A stretch of DNA of 63,984 nt, counting the filler, from Ionaspis alba (taxonomy: Eukaryota): NCBI GenBank assembly GCA_964255285.1. It is 3 parts of 3 records of this genome, joined end to end, with 100 filler letters (N's around TTAATTAATTAA, not from the genome) between each part and the next. Parts side by side here need not be neighbours in the genome. Positions count along the whole stretch, not along the records: positions 1 to 22,396 come from CAXUUL010000208.1; 2 more parts are not named here. The stretch is one strand, 5' to 3'. Position numbers and translations under genes: made by a program. Below the pieces are notes generated by a model, which saw only the letters and a list, made by a program, of their open reading frames with translations, was not told the DNA's origin and did not search any database. Each line of letters starts with the position of its first letter. The stretch's first letter is position 1. Of the stretch, positions 1 through 13,464 are shown in pieces.

Positions 1-326
1 GAATATTGGGGGGATGGGAGGATGGTTGAGGGATGCACGGGGTGTGTCTGTCTTACTGTGGACAGAGCTCTATGAGGGTTAGATGTCAGTGTTCGTTGAT
101 GGATGAGTGGGGCCTGATCTCGAGTGCTAGCGGGTTGTATGATATGAGTCTGTTGGCTCTGGTGGTACTTTTGACAGGTTTCACAGATATCAGACATCGG
201 GCTCTTGCTCTAGTTGTCGGGCGGTACCTGGCGAGTACCTTTGCTCTGCTATCCTCGATAGTTGAACCATGTGTCTGATAACCAGAATCCCTTTTACTAC
301 TTGCTCCGTATGGCCTGATCGAGTTC

Positions 327-1494
327 TCATGTATTTGAATCTGAGCCCAACTTTGAGACCCCAGAAGCATCCAACATTGCATCCACCGACACTCCTCGCC
401 CATGCAAGACCAAATCCTTCCACACCTCATCATCAACAGCCTCCTCGTCAGCCAAAACGCTCCAATTCGGGTTCTTCTCCGCCCGATGCCACTTAAAATC
501 CTGAACCTGATCCCAGCGATTTTGCACGGACGATGGAACCGACGTATGCATCTACAACCAACCTATCAGCTTTCGCAATCCCAAGATGAGCGACAAGAAC
601 TGAAATCAAACTCATGAAAATCCATCATCCACATACCAATCCAGCCGGCAAAGGCGCAAACCGAATCCCACAACAATCCTCAATAATCGGCTGACTCCCC
701 ACATCCAAGTACACGACGCACTCTTTGCATTCATGCATCCGGAATTGCTGCGTGGCGACCAGAATCACGCTTGCTTCAACGCCGGTGATGTGGGATGCGC
801 CACTGACAAGGCCGCAGATCAGAAGGCTGTGTTTGATGTTTTTGATTGTGAGGCTTGTGAAGGGCTCGTCGAGGATTGAGCCGGCACGGAGATTGATCGC
901 GCAGGTTTGGAGGTCGAGAAGGGTGCTGGAGACTGGATTGGAGGAGGTGGGAGGGGGACGGGTGATGTGTTGGCCTGTGAGAGATTTGATGGTAATGGAG
1001 CTAGGATTCGAGAGTGAGACGTTGAGAGTGTTAGATGTAGACCCTTGGTCTTCATCCGGTGAGCCTGCTATACGCCGACTGGTGCGGGAGGTGGGTCCAT
1101 GACTCGCTGGGAGGTCCTTCACTGCAGCTGGCCTTTCCTTGCGGGCAGATTTGAATGAGAACTTGGGTTTAGGTGCTAATGTAGATTTTGTCTCCTCGAG
1201 CTTTTCACTAAGGGATTTGATGGTCTGTAGAATGTGTCAGTAACATGGATCATACGAGCGGTATCTAGGAGTAGTACTTGCTTGACCGTACAGACGCTGA
1301 TCGTAGGACGGTACGTAGGAGGAGGCGTCTTGGACCTCCTTTTGAAGACGAGCTATTTCTGATAGGCAGTGGTCGGCTGCCTTTTTCTGCTCGCCCCTTA
1401 TAGTGGAAATGTTTTTTAGGTCGTCTATTTCAGTTTGAAGTGCTGTATTGTGTCAGTGGTCTGAAACCCTCGAAGATACGAGCCTCGACCGGGG
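327..1494 (-). CDS. TBCC: Tubulin-specific chaperone C (TBCC/Cin2-like), 5' end lost in the assembly gap
   Basis: Spliced exons read LQTEIDDLKN..DHCLSEIARLQKEVQDASSYVPSYDQRLYGQ / TIKSLSEKLE..PKPKFSFK..TQQFRMHECKECVVYLDVGSQPIIEDCCGIRFAP / NRWDQVQDFKW. These match the TBCC N-domain and C-CAP/cofactor-C motifs. The first exon is presumably in the N run at 1495-1594. Confidence 0.85.
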
Positions 1495-1594
1495 NNNNNN
1501 NNNNNNNNNNNNNNNNNNNNNNNNNNNNNNNNNNNNNNNNNNNNNNNNNNNNNNNNNNNNNNNNNNNNNNNNNNNNNNNNNNNNNNNNNNNNNN
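1495..1594. other. Assembly gap (100 N)
   Basis: Run of 100 N. Confidence 0.99.
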
Positions 1595-1621
1595 TATACA
1601 CATCATGACTGCTTTCCGACC

Positions 1622-2361
1622 TCATTCTCTAGCTGGTACTTCAATGCCGTATCTTTGCCTGATCCTCTCTCGCCGCCGCTCATCGTAGCCAGGGCCATAT
1701 ATACCTAGTAGCAAGTTAGCCCGTCCATTCGTCTTTGAGCAAGGTGGTTATGCCAACGTGCCTCTCCCTTCTCCAAGTTCGTCAACAGTCTCCTGTATCG
1801 GCCTCCGTCTGTTCTTCCTCAACGCCTCTTTCCGCTCATACTCGTCGACGTTTGGGTCCTTCTCGTACCCTGTCATAACTCCTCCACCATAGTCATATAC
1901 ACCAAGCAATAGTGAGAGTCCAGCTCCATAGCCCAGTACCGCAGGGATCGTTCGGACTGAAAGAGTCAGGACGAAACAACATAACGCCGCCAGCAAAAGA
2001 CCAACATTTCAATCCCATTACTGATCCAGCCAAGAATCCTCCTATCGCCGTATTCCAGCTATCATCCTTTTCTCTGAGATTTGCCGAAGCGATTTTTGCG
2101 AACTCGTAGGTACCGCCCATGGCGGCTATGTACTCGGTCAGTACATGTATCATAGGACAGTCTCCCATGGAGGAGATTCTCACCGAAAACCCCGATCGTT
2201 CCTCCAGTCCGAGTGAAAATCCCCCAGGCGGTGACATTTTGTTTTGTGAGCGTGTTCTGGACTGCAGACACCAATGTACCAGCCCCTCCAGTTATCAATG
2301 TCGAATTGATGGCTGCAGTAATTGCATTTTTAGGCTGATACACTGCCTGCTCGGTCGCCAT
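1622..2361 (-). CDS. NDUFA11: NADH:ubiquinone oxidoreductase 21.3 kDa subunit (NDUFA11, Tim17/22/23 family), 4 exons
   Basis: Exons MATEQAVYQPKNAI..SAVQNTLTKQNVTAWGIFTRTGGTIGVF / AAMGGTYEFAKIASANLREKDDSWNTAIGGFLAGSVMGLK / RTIPAVLGYGAG..NRRRPIQETVDELGEGR / GIYGPGYDERRRERIRQRYGIEVPARE*. Confidence 0.9.
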
Positions 2362-2935
2362 GGTCTAGCAAGCAGACAGTGCTGTCAATCGATGTCTTGT
2401 CGCCCTCAGCAAACAGTTCATCTGGTGCGTTCAACGAGTGTTGTCCGCAAAGAGTGGTAGATTTGAGGTTCAAGGGAACATGCGAAGACAAGGATCTTGC
2501 GTGGAGCTACTCTACCAGAGCTTGCGCCAAGCCTGGCCGACAAACATCGGGCGGTTTTCGGATGTTGACTTCTGTTTGTCCAAAGAGATATGCAGACCAG
2601 CTTTGCATGAGAGAATCCTAGATGGGATAAGGATATTGTACCCTATACTACGCAGCTACGCCAAATGGAGCATTAGAAGCTTCCTTTAATCTTCCTCGCC
2701 CAAGGCTTGCTTCTCGATTCCAGAAATAGATGAGAACTAGTGATGAGCACGCTCGTATGAATCTCGTAGCCTGTCACTACAAGCTGCTCGAGAAATCGGA
2801 GGTCGCAATACCTAAACCTACCGCCTCCCCTTGCCATGACTTTGGAGCCTCTCTCATCAATAGCCTCAAAGCCACCAAATCACTCACGCCTCTTCTCCGC
2901 ATCGTCCTCAAGCAGAGGCCCGTCCCAGGGCAAAG

Positions 2936-5900
2936 ATGGATACAAAGCTCCGAGGAGGTAGAAATCATGAATATCAAGAACAAATCGGGTTTGAGCTGAC
3001 CCGTTTCTCACAAACAGGGAAAACACCTCCAAGATTGATACAGGACCTTAATCTCTATAACCCACAACGTCCAAGTCCCGCCTCTCACAATGTTCTCACC
3101 GACTCTCTACAGTATGATGGAACATCCCGGCCAAAGACTGCATGGAAAAGGAATATATGCAGGCATCAGTGGGCACTGAAGGAGAATCAAAGCTCCTTGC
3201 CAGCATTACATGCCGACCGTGACTCCTCGTTGTACACTGCCGCAGCCTGTTGCTGGGAATGTCGATGTCACGTGAAACTGTCGGTGGACTTCCGTGGAGA
3301 AGGGCCTGGGGTCTCTCCCTGTCCTAAGGATGGCAGGCCTCTGCACCACTTCATTCATTGCCCGAAACAGTCTTCTGGTCTTCGTAAGCTCGAAGGAAAG
3401 CTGGACGATCACTCCTGGGTAGACACGCAGTACTTTCAGTGCTCTGCTTCTGCTTGTTCTGCCCGACTCACTGTCCAAATGCAATCACCCAGACTCACGC
3501 CGGCTTGGGTGACTTTGCTCAGCAATAAATCCGAGATCGATAAACGAGCTCGAAAGGCAATGTCTGATGATCCCGAGCGTTTCGAAGGACATGCGGTACC
3601 GCCTGCTACCCAAGTTCTTATGAATCTCAGTGCGTATATTGCAAATGCTATGACCAAACCGGAAACGCGGCGCATCCTAGGCAATAACAAGAAGTGGCTT
3701 CTTTCGCTCGGCGAACCTTGTGCTGATCTGCTAGAGTATCTTGGCTTCACCCGCGTCGTATGTTCGTATGGGGCTTTCTACCTGTACCATAGTCACTGAT
3801 TACCTGCTATCAGGAGCAAGACTGGATGCCTCCTCGGCCGGATGTCCCAGCTTCCATACCCTTTGAGAATCCCTTGAACATCCTATTAGACGACGTCGAG
3901 AAAGAAATCGATGTGCTCCTTAATCAACAGCCTATTGAAGCTAAACGAATGGCAAAGATACCACTAATTTCGTCGAACATAATAGCAGAATTTGATAGAA
4001 TTTTGGGATGCACCGACTGTAAGAGCCAGCAAGCTGTGTGAGACGTTCTTTTCTGAACTTCAGCAGATAAAAAGGATACCATTTCCCGGACGGCAGACCA
4101 GACGGCAGACGATGAGCATCCGTAAGTGAGCTGTTCTTCTGATGTTTCACGATAATAACAATCCAGATTCTATGCCGGTCTGGGAGCAGTTAGAGATTTT
4201 CATGATGAGCTCCTTATTTTTGCATATGATCGGCAGGTTGAATGCGATGTAGCTAATGGCCCCTATTATCTGGAGTGCCTTCAGGGTATTGCAAAGGGCC
4301 GGGGCAGTGAAGACTTGCATACAAAAGCTCTCATTGAGTCGTCGTCCGGCAAAGTCAGCAGAAGTGACGTTCATGCCGCGTATAAGGATTTCGGTCTAAA
4401 TCCACAAGGCCCATTCCTCGATGATGATACCATTATCGGAACATTTCAGTCACGAATTGCGGACGCCCCACGACAAGAGGCCGATCTAAGACGAGCTCTC
4501 AACATCATTGGAACGCACAGAGGAAGCTCAAGGATCCAGCGATTTGCCTCCAACAGTAAGTGGTAGTGACAGATCCTTAGGGGAAAGTGGGCTATGAGCT
4601 TTAGTTGCTAATGCAACATTCAGCTGTGACCAACTACGAACAAGCTTTGACGTGGCTGAGCGCTACCGAAGATATGGACGATGCCTTTCTGTTAAGCATG
4701 TATGGCGTGAAGGTATGTCATTGACTTTGATATCTTTATGGTCCCGGCATTACCTTGGTCCTAGCGTCTCGCGTATTTTGAGAACGGTGCAAATGTTGTG
4801 TTGACATTTTCTCAACAGGTCGGTGAGAATACGTCAAACGAAGAAGTGGCCCGCAAATGTATCGCCTTAATAGCTGAAAAACGAAATAGCAATGCACTTA
4901 GGACGTGGATGGAAACCGGTCAGCTCGGAGATGTCGACATGGACTTCAGCCAAGCATATGCGCGTCTCGGAGTTGATAATAGAACCATCGACGATGACTC
5001 TATACTCGCCGCCTATCAAGTAGCTATGACTGAGACACCGTCACAAGCTAAAGAGCTTGGAAAAGCTTTGGCAGCCATAGCAAAGTCTAGGGATTCGCAG
5101 CATCTGTTGAAGCACTTGGACCAAGGCGATGATCCAAGTGATCGTCCTCTTTCAGAGTGGCCTGTCGGTCTCGACAACATAGGCAATACCTGTTACCTCA
5201 ATAGCCTTCTCCAGTTCTACTTCACCGTTAAGCCCTTACGAAATCTTGTGCTCAACTTTGACGACTTCAAGATGGACATCGAGAATCGTGCTTTTGATAT
5301 AAAGCAGGTCGGGTCTCGAAAAGTTTCTAGGAAGGAAGTTGAGCGAGCTCAAAAATGTAAGGTTTAGCAGCATACTCTTCATTAACGATCTACTAACACG
5401 AACAGTCGTGTACGAGTTGCAGAAGCTCTTTCGCAACATGATAACCGCACCGTGCCGAGACGTCAAGCCGGAACAGGAATTGGCGCGTCTCACTTTGATG
5501 AGTTCATCAACCGAAGAGTCATGGAGGCGGAAGTCAACACTTACTGGCACTAGACCCACACTTGGAGAGATAAATGGGCAACCTCTGCAAGGTCCTCTAC
5601 CGCCTCCGGATCCAACCACTGCTGGACCTGATGCTACCATGTCTGAGAACGCGATATTGAACACTGCGACCTCAAACAACAACAACGCCGACCTCCTTGC
5701 TGACATATCAAGTGAAGGCACATTGGTGGAAGGACCTGGCGCTGGGACACCTCCAAATGCTGACCTTATGGTCCTAGACTCAACAGACACGCAACAGCAG
5801 CAGCAGCAGGACATCTTGGACAATAAAGAGAATCTTGCACCAGAGAAGGTGAAACTCGATCGTCCCTCCACACCTGAGGTTCAGCTTGCACCTCTCGCAG

Positions 5901-7371
5901 AATCGTCACCATCGCGCACGAATGAGCAAGCGAAGCCGCGAAGTCCTACCAAGCCTGACGATACAGCGCAAGAAGCCCCATCAACCGCAGACACGGCGCC
6001 TGGGATGTTGCCTGGACCACCCAGTCGACCACCTCCAGTACCACCAAGACAGAAGCCTGAGGAAGATAAGAGAGCATCACTGGCAGGAGCTGAGTACGGA
6101 GCACAACAAGACGTGACCGAAGTTATTGCAAATGTCCTCTTTCAGCTACAATGTGCAATCAAACCAGAATCAGTGGACGAGTCTGGCGAGCAAATAGACC
6201 AGATCAAAACGCTCTTCTTTGGTAAGCAGAAGTCCTACATCACCAACAAACGTGATGAAATCCGAACAAAGGAGGAGTTCATCTCGGATATCAAAGTCGA
6301 CGTCGCCTCTGGGTCCCGGGACATTTATTCAGCACTTGATGGCGCATTCGATGTGCAGGAGGTCGAAGTGGACGGATCCCTTGAGCCTCAATATGCAACG
6401 ATTTCTCAGTTGCCTCCAATATTGCAGATACATGTGCAGCGAGCACAGTACAATGCTCAAACTCATACTGCGTTCAAGTCGGAGAATCACCTTGGCTTGC
6501 AGGATACGATCTACATGGACCGATATATGGACTCTTCTGACCCGGATCTGGCTCAAAGGCGTCAGGCTTGTTGGGAATGGAAAAAAGAGCTTACCAAACT
6601 GGAAGCCCGGAGAACCCAGCTCAACACAACAGAGGTACGAAACTTTGTAAGATGATTCGCAGCCTAGATACTAACAGACGGATAGTCAGGAATCGATATG
6701 CCTGAGGTACTGAGGTCCACGGCTGCATACTTGAAACAGTGTTCAACTGCCGACCCTGACGATCCCATCGAAATCGATCCTGGCTTGCTCGATAGTTTAG
6801 AAAGGGCTGCAGAAGAAGCCAAGAAGGAATTGCTTGGTAAGGTCACAGCCATCGTGGATCTGTACACGCTAACGGTTTTTCAACAGAACTGGAAGAGCGG
6901 ATAAAGTTCTTGACTTCAAGTATCACCAGCCAGTTCACCGACCTCCGTTCACTACCGTACAGTCTTCACTCCGTGTTCATTCACCGAGGAATGGTCAGCT
7001 CAGGCCATTACTGGATCTACATCCGAGACTTCGATCGCGGTATCTGGCGGAAGTATAATGACGAGTATGTACAGGAGGCGAAGGAGGAGGATATCTACGA
7101 TACACAGCCAACAATCAAACCGGCTACTCCGTACTTCCTTGTCTACGTCAAAGATGATCAACGGAAGGAGCTCGTCGATGCTGTATGCCGAGATGTCCAG
7201 GAGCTTCCGCAGGAGCCCCAGCAAGATATCATCATGGAGGATGAAGACAACAACTACGCTACTGTCCAGCCAGACCCGTGGACTGCTGATAGCTATGCAG
7301 ACGACGACATAACCAAGCCGAATGGACTCTGGAATGCAGAAAGCCAGTCTCTTCCTCGCACGGTTTGGTAA
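2936..7371 (+). CDS. UBP2: Ubiquitin carboxyl-terminal hydrolase (USP/C19), Ubp2-like, multi-exon
   Basis: Cys box PVGLDNIGNTCYLNSLLQ, QQDVTE motif, His box HRGMVSSGHYWIYI..WRKYND. Ubp2-type N-terminus GKTPPRLIQDL. GT-AG introns restore the frame at each break. Confidence 0.92.
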
Positions 7372-7794
7372 GGGAAAACTTCACATTTGCTAGATCGAGA
7401 CGTACGAGGATCTCTGTACAGCGAACGGCGACTACACTGTTAGCAGCAGGAATCGCTGGGCTGATATCAGTGATACCTCATAATGTCTACGTGCCTCTTA
7501 TTGCAGCAGCTGGGGGATGATTAGAATTATGCCACGTCCTGACGTTTTAGTGAGCCTTATTTCGAAGTGCGTGTTGCGAGGAGTTGATCATAAGCGAGGA
7601 TATTGCTTGCATAGCCTCGCTGTCCTTTCAGATGATACCAACCGCATTTGACGGCGTTGTAGCATTAAATTGCACAAAGAAGAGATGCATTTAGATCCTG
7701 GGGTCCGAATATCATGATTTTCTTTCTTGAAACAACTCGCTCATATGAATACCTACTATTTACAAATTGAGAGCATGACAGCCCGCATGATGTT

Positions 7795-8606
<812 letters not shown>

Positions 8607-8817
8607 GGTAAATTAGGAAATTCTGAAGAGCAGTCGTTAAGGTGGGAATTGTGATCAGTGTGGATCAGTGTCTCGGTCACTGAGATGGAAGTGCGCTGAT
8701 TGGTTGCCGTTGCGCTGCCGCGCTAGCGTCATGGATCGACTGAAGGCGAGTTTGAGCATCATTTTCAAGCTCTTTGCTATAATCAATCGATCAACGCTTT
8801 CAATTACAGCTACCATA

Positions 8818-9506
8818 ATGTTTCGCACAGCTCTGATCCAGTCCGCACGGTGTGTTTCGCGAGCGCCCGCGCGTTCGCAGAGCTCTGTTGCACGGTCGTT
8901 CGTCCCTAGCTTCTATACTCTTTCCTCTCGGTCGTGGCCATCTACGCATTTTCAGAGCGTCCGATGCTATTCGGCACCAGCAGGCCTAGGAAGACAGGAG
9001 GTGGAGGGCAGAATAATGGATTTACTGAGGAACTTTGACAAGGTTTGAGGAACTATGTTTTCTGTTCTAGAGATGTGCTAACTAATGAACTCTAGGTTTC
9101 TGATGCCTCCAAAGTTAGCTCCAATCCTCCCTTAAAAGTGTGTGGACGTTGGTTGCTGAAGCCCTTAGTTATCGAACAATTCACACTTCTCGAATGACCT
9201 TGGTCTGGATAGCTTGGATACCGTCGAGGTGGTAATGGCGATCGAAGAGGTATGGGCAATGTGTCAAATTCGTGTCCACTATCACTAAATTTTATGACAG
9301 GAGTTTAGCATTGAAATACCAGACAAGGAGGCAGATGCAATCCATAGCAGTAAGACTTCGTGCCGAGGAGAAGTGCTTACAACAAGAGCGCTGACGAAAA
9401 ATCCAGTCGATAAGGCCGTGGAATACATACTTGCACAACCTGATGGTCAGTTCTCTTTGCACCTACTCAGACCTTGACTACTAAACATCTCGTTCTAGCG
9501 CACTGA
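8818..9506 (+). CDS. ACP1: Mitochondrial acyl carrier protein (NDUFAB1/SDAP), 6 exons
   Basis: Spliced product has a presequence, then RIMDLLRNFDK/VSDASK/LSNNSHFSNDLGLDSLDTVEVVMAIEE/EFSIEIPDKEADAIHS/IDKAVEYILAQPD/AH*. DSL is the phosphopantetheine site. Confidence 0.95.
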
Positions 9507-10053
9507 GGCAGGCCGCTACAGAGGAATTTGAAACTATTAAAGCTGGAAACAGGGTATCTGACGTTGCAGATTCATTGTATATTCCCGCTTTGTAACTTAG
9601 TAGAACGGTGTTTTGTGCTTGTGAACTACAAAACTCGATCACCGACTATCTCAATTCTATCATGCGTGTGAATGAAGGAAAACTCCACTACTTCAAATAG
9701 AACCCATATATGAGTTGATCGTGCCGAAGTGCCAGTCCGCAGCGTATGCGTAAGGATTTATCGGAGTGGCCCGTGCACATTCATTCTGGCGTAGCGAGCA
9801 GCAAGGCCACTTTTGATACACAACGGCGATACCATTACTGACAGTATTTGCAAGGCTTATCCTGAATTCAATCACCTTCACGGTAAAAAAAGATGACTAC
9901 TACCTCAAGCCTATCGATATTCAGAAATTGAGCCCAATCCACTCGCAGACCCTCACATGTGTCTCCGCAGCATTGCACAATTTGTGGCTGCCGCCTGAAC
10001 AGGTCCATTGGGCTCATCCCCAACCGAGCAAAAACATCAACCTCCTCACACAC

Positions 10054-11308
10054 ATGGCGACAACGGGCGGCCTGACGAGGCGTCGTGGAGCTGGCGGAGC
10101 CGCCAACGGTGACGATGAAGCAGATCCCATCCGCGGAGGCTCACCAGCTCCTAGAGGCGGGCCTTCAACTGAAAGAGCACCGGAAACATCATACACAGGT
10201 GGGGAGAACGGACACAAAATCGCCTACGACCCTCAAGACATTAGTGAGAGTGCGGAGCGGAACAAACAACCCAAGTTGACGCTGATGGAGGAGATATTAT
10301 TGATGGGTTTGAAAGACAAGCAGGTTGGTGCACGAGTTGAGCAAAGGTGCTGGACCAACGGCTGATAGGGTTTTACTGCAGGGCTATCTCTCGTTCTGGA
10401 ACGATAATATTTCCTACGCTCTACGGGGGTGCATTGTCATTGAGCTGGCTTTTAGGGGTCGGGTGAGCATGCTGAAGGACTCGGCGAGACGGCGGTTTCC
10501 GTTGGCGGATAGGGTCATTGAGGTTATTGATGATACTTTGACGGGGGAGGTGCTGCTGGATGAGGCATTGAAGATGATGAAGTCGAGCGAGAAGATGAGT
10601 GTCAGTTCGTGGATCGATCTCATGAGCGGTATGTGGCACTCCTGAACTCGAAATACTTGCGTAATGCTGATATGATACCATAAAACAGGTGAAACGTGGA
10701 ACCTGATGAAGATCGGATACCAATTGAAGCAAGTCCGAGAACGTCTGGCCAAAGGCCTTGTCGATAAGGGGATTCTCCGGACAGAAAAGCGCAACTTCCT
10801 CCTCTTCGACATGGCAACGCACCCCGTAGCCGACGGGGGAGCAAAAGACGAGATCAGACGGCGAGTGCGCACACTTCTGACCAACAGAACGGTCGTTCTC
10901 CCACCCAGTCAATTCCTCCCCGAAGACATGGAATTCCGCTACATTAGGACTATCTCGATGGTATGCGCGGCTTATGCGGCCAACGTGCTGGAGAACGCGC
11001 TCTCGACCCTGGGACACGAGGCTCGGGAGAGGGCCTTCGCCCAGGTGGATGAGTTGTTGGCCGAGTACTCGCAGTGGCCGTTTGGAAAACGGACCGGTGG
11101 TTCCCAGGGTATAGGAGCTAATCTGGGCTCCAAGGTCACGGAGGAAGTGACCGGTGCCAAAGATAAGGATTTGCAATTGGAGGTGAGCTTTGAAACGCTG
11201 TGGTGCTTGTGTAACTACTTGTGCGGGACAGAAGGCTGATTGACTCTTGCAACATAGGTGGTAGCGGCATGCTTGAGTGTTTTCACGAGGCTCGATTCGC
11301 TTTTGTAG
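10054..11308 (+). CDS. VPS74: Golgi phosphoprotein 3 / Vps74 (PI4P-binding), 4 exons
   Basis: GGLTRRR N-terminus, [74 protein letters not shown], last exon [16 protein letters not shown]. Confidence 0.96.
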
Positions 11309-13464
11309 GGGGATGTCATATGCAGGGACTCTTTTTTGTCCCGTACGAGAAATGGGGAGGGGGGAATGATATTTGCAGAGCTACGGAGTCCGGGATAAAG
11401 GAGGCTGGGTCACATTTGTTTTTTCTCCCACCCCAAGCCAGATGGATTTCAAGGGTCCGCGATCTCGTCGTGGTGGTTGCTCCTGCGGCTATTGTACTTT
11501 GTATAGGGCTGCATTCTCAGGGAAAGTGCCGTGGACTGTTCCAGGCGCGATCTTGCAGCTAAAGGCTTGCGGTGAGGGAAAAGTACTACGATGGGGAGGA
11601 GGCCCAAAGCTATATCTGTGTGACTTGAGGCTGTTACCTGACTCGCGGGGAATCTGCGTCTAACTCTTCTTGCCAAGTCTGTTGCATGAATTCAAGGAGG
11701 GGTTCTGCAGCACCAATCAAATCAGCCCCCTTAGCTTGACAGATGCAGGAGCTCCGGGGCGATAATGCAGGTATCGCTGGGCTCGATCGCGATGTTCTAG
11801 CGGTTCACGTCCGTCCTTCCATCCACGACAATGCTTTGCTGCTTGTCCTTGTTCTGAGACCTGCGAGTTACGATTGATCGGGAATTGCTTGTGCGACTTC
11901 GACCAGAGTGTTTGGCTACGTGGTCAGGCCGTGGGTGGAGAGTGGGCCAATTACGTAGAGATGAATTGGGTTGACCCGAAGCCGAAGAATCAAGGGTCTT
12001 TGGTCCCCGATTTCAAATACCCAAGAAACTAGCGGGAAGTCTATCTGAGGGCGTTTTCTTCGGAGATGCTTACTGCACAAATGACATGGCAAACACAGAC
12101 GCAAGACAAAGATCTGGTGGAGTGGGTCAGATCTGGATGCATCGTGGCCGGTGGAGAAGGAGGTGTGAGGTAATGATTGGGCCGGTGTGGGACCACCCAG
12201 ATCTGCGAGATCCGGCCGGCAACTGGCTACAGATCGATCCGCCTATGATGCAAGACTTACCTCAGTTCCAGCGGGCAATTGGCTTTTGTGTACAACAACG
12301 GCGTGATACTGCTCCTGGTAGGATTCAGTAACGTACTACCAGATTCGGTGTATCCTACAATTCTCAATGGTTGCGCATTTTCTTGGTGGTGGAGTACGGG
12401 GTAGAAAAAGTTCACTCATTCTGTTCATAGCAGCTTTTTGGATTCTGGCGAGTACCCATGGCCCATTATCGTGCATCCTGCACACTTGGAGTAGCTTGCT
12501 GCTATTGGTACACTGATACATTCCATACATTTTGCGCCCTGTTCCCATACTCCATTGTCCCTATTACTACCGAGAATTGTGTCGTGGGAGCAGGCTCCTG
12601 CCACCAACGTGTCTTGCAGATTTACTCTTCGATCAAATTAGAATAATTGGTAAATCGGCAGATGAGTATCCTCCTGTTCTCACTGCATGAACCTTCAAGA
12701 AAGCCTCCTTGTGTTCTTTTTCTTCTATGCGCAAAATGTATGTAATTTACCCTGAAACGAAAATTGCCTGTTTTGCTTGCTTTGCCGATAGTCTCCTCCT
12801 TCCACACCTGATCTAGCGTCACTCGGCAATCTTCAACTCCCTGCCAATGTCGATCGATTTGGCTGCCCGCTTTCTTTTTAGCGGCCAGTAGCTTCGATCC
12901 CCTCAGTCCCTCTCGCTCTTCGGCCTTATCTCAGCCAAATCCCCATCCTTCGCCACTTTATTTCATCCTCAACTTCTATACATCTTTGCCACCAACTGAC
13001 ACGACGTGCAACAGCAATATCGTTGACAGTCAATTTCTATTACACTGTCAACCTTCTAATCACCCAATTGCTAGTTCTTCTGCTGTCAGCCAACCATATA
13101 GGACTTGAGCGGGTACTAGGCAACCAACTCTCGCCGACGAAGTAATAGCTTTGCTCTTCCTGAGATTCATAGCGCATCAGAAGATACCTCCATTGTATCT
13201 TTCTCATCTTGTCTGCTTCGATCACCCGTTTCGAAGGTCCTCCATTATCGTCGGAAGATCGCCAATAGCCTGCCTGCCTACTCGCGACGAGCGAGGTGCT
13301 TCGTTTCAGGAACCTGAAAATAATCCTCAGCTGATTTTCCTTGTGACTCATTACCAATCCGACTCAGCAACTTTGATTATCGATACCAATTCAGCTATAC
13401 TGATCGAAGTTGCGAATTCCATACCCCTCCAATACGAAAGTCTTCCATAGAGGATTGAATCATA

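Noticed and set aside
5791..5809. CAG microsatellite (poly-Gln) in UBP2
   Set aside because: Only six codons in a disordered insert, which is ordinary.
10421..11176. 251-aa antisense ORF over VPS74, and similar antisense ORFs over UBP2, YTA7 and BUD4
   Set aside because: These are shadow frames of well-supported genes with no independent coding signal.
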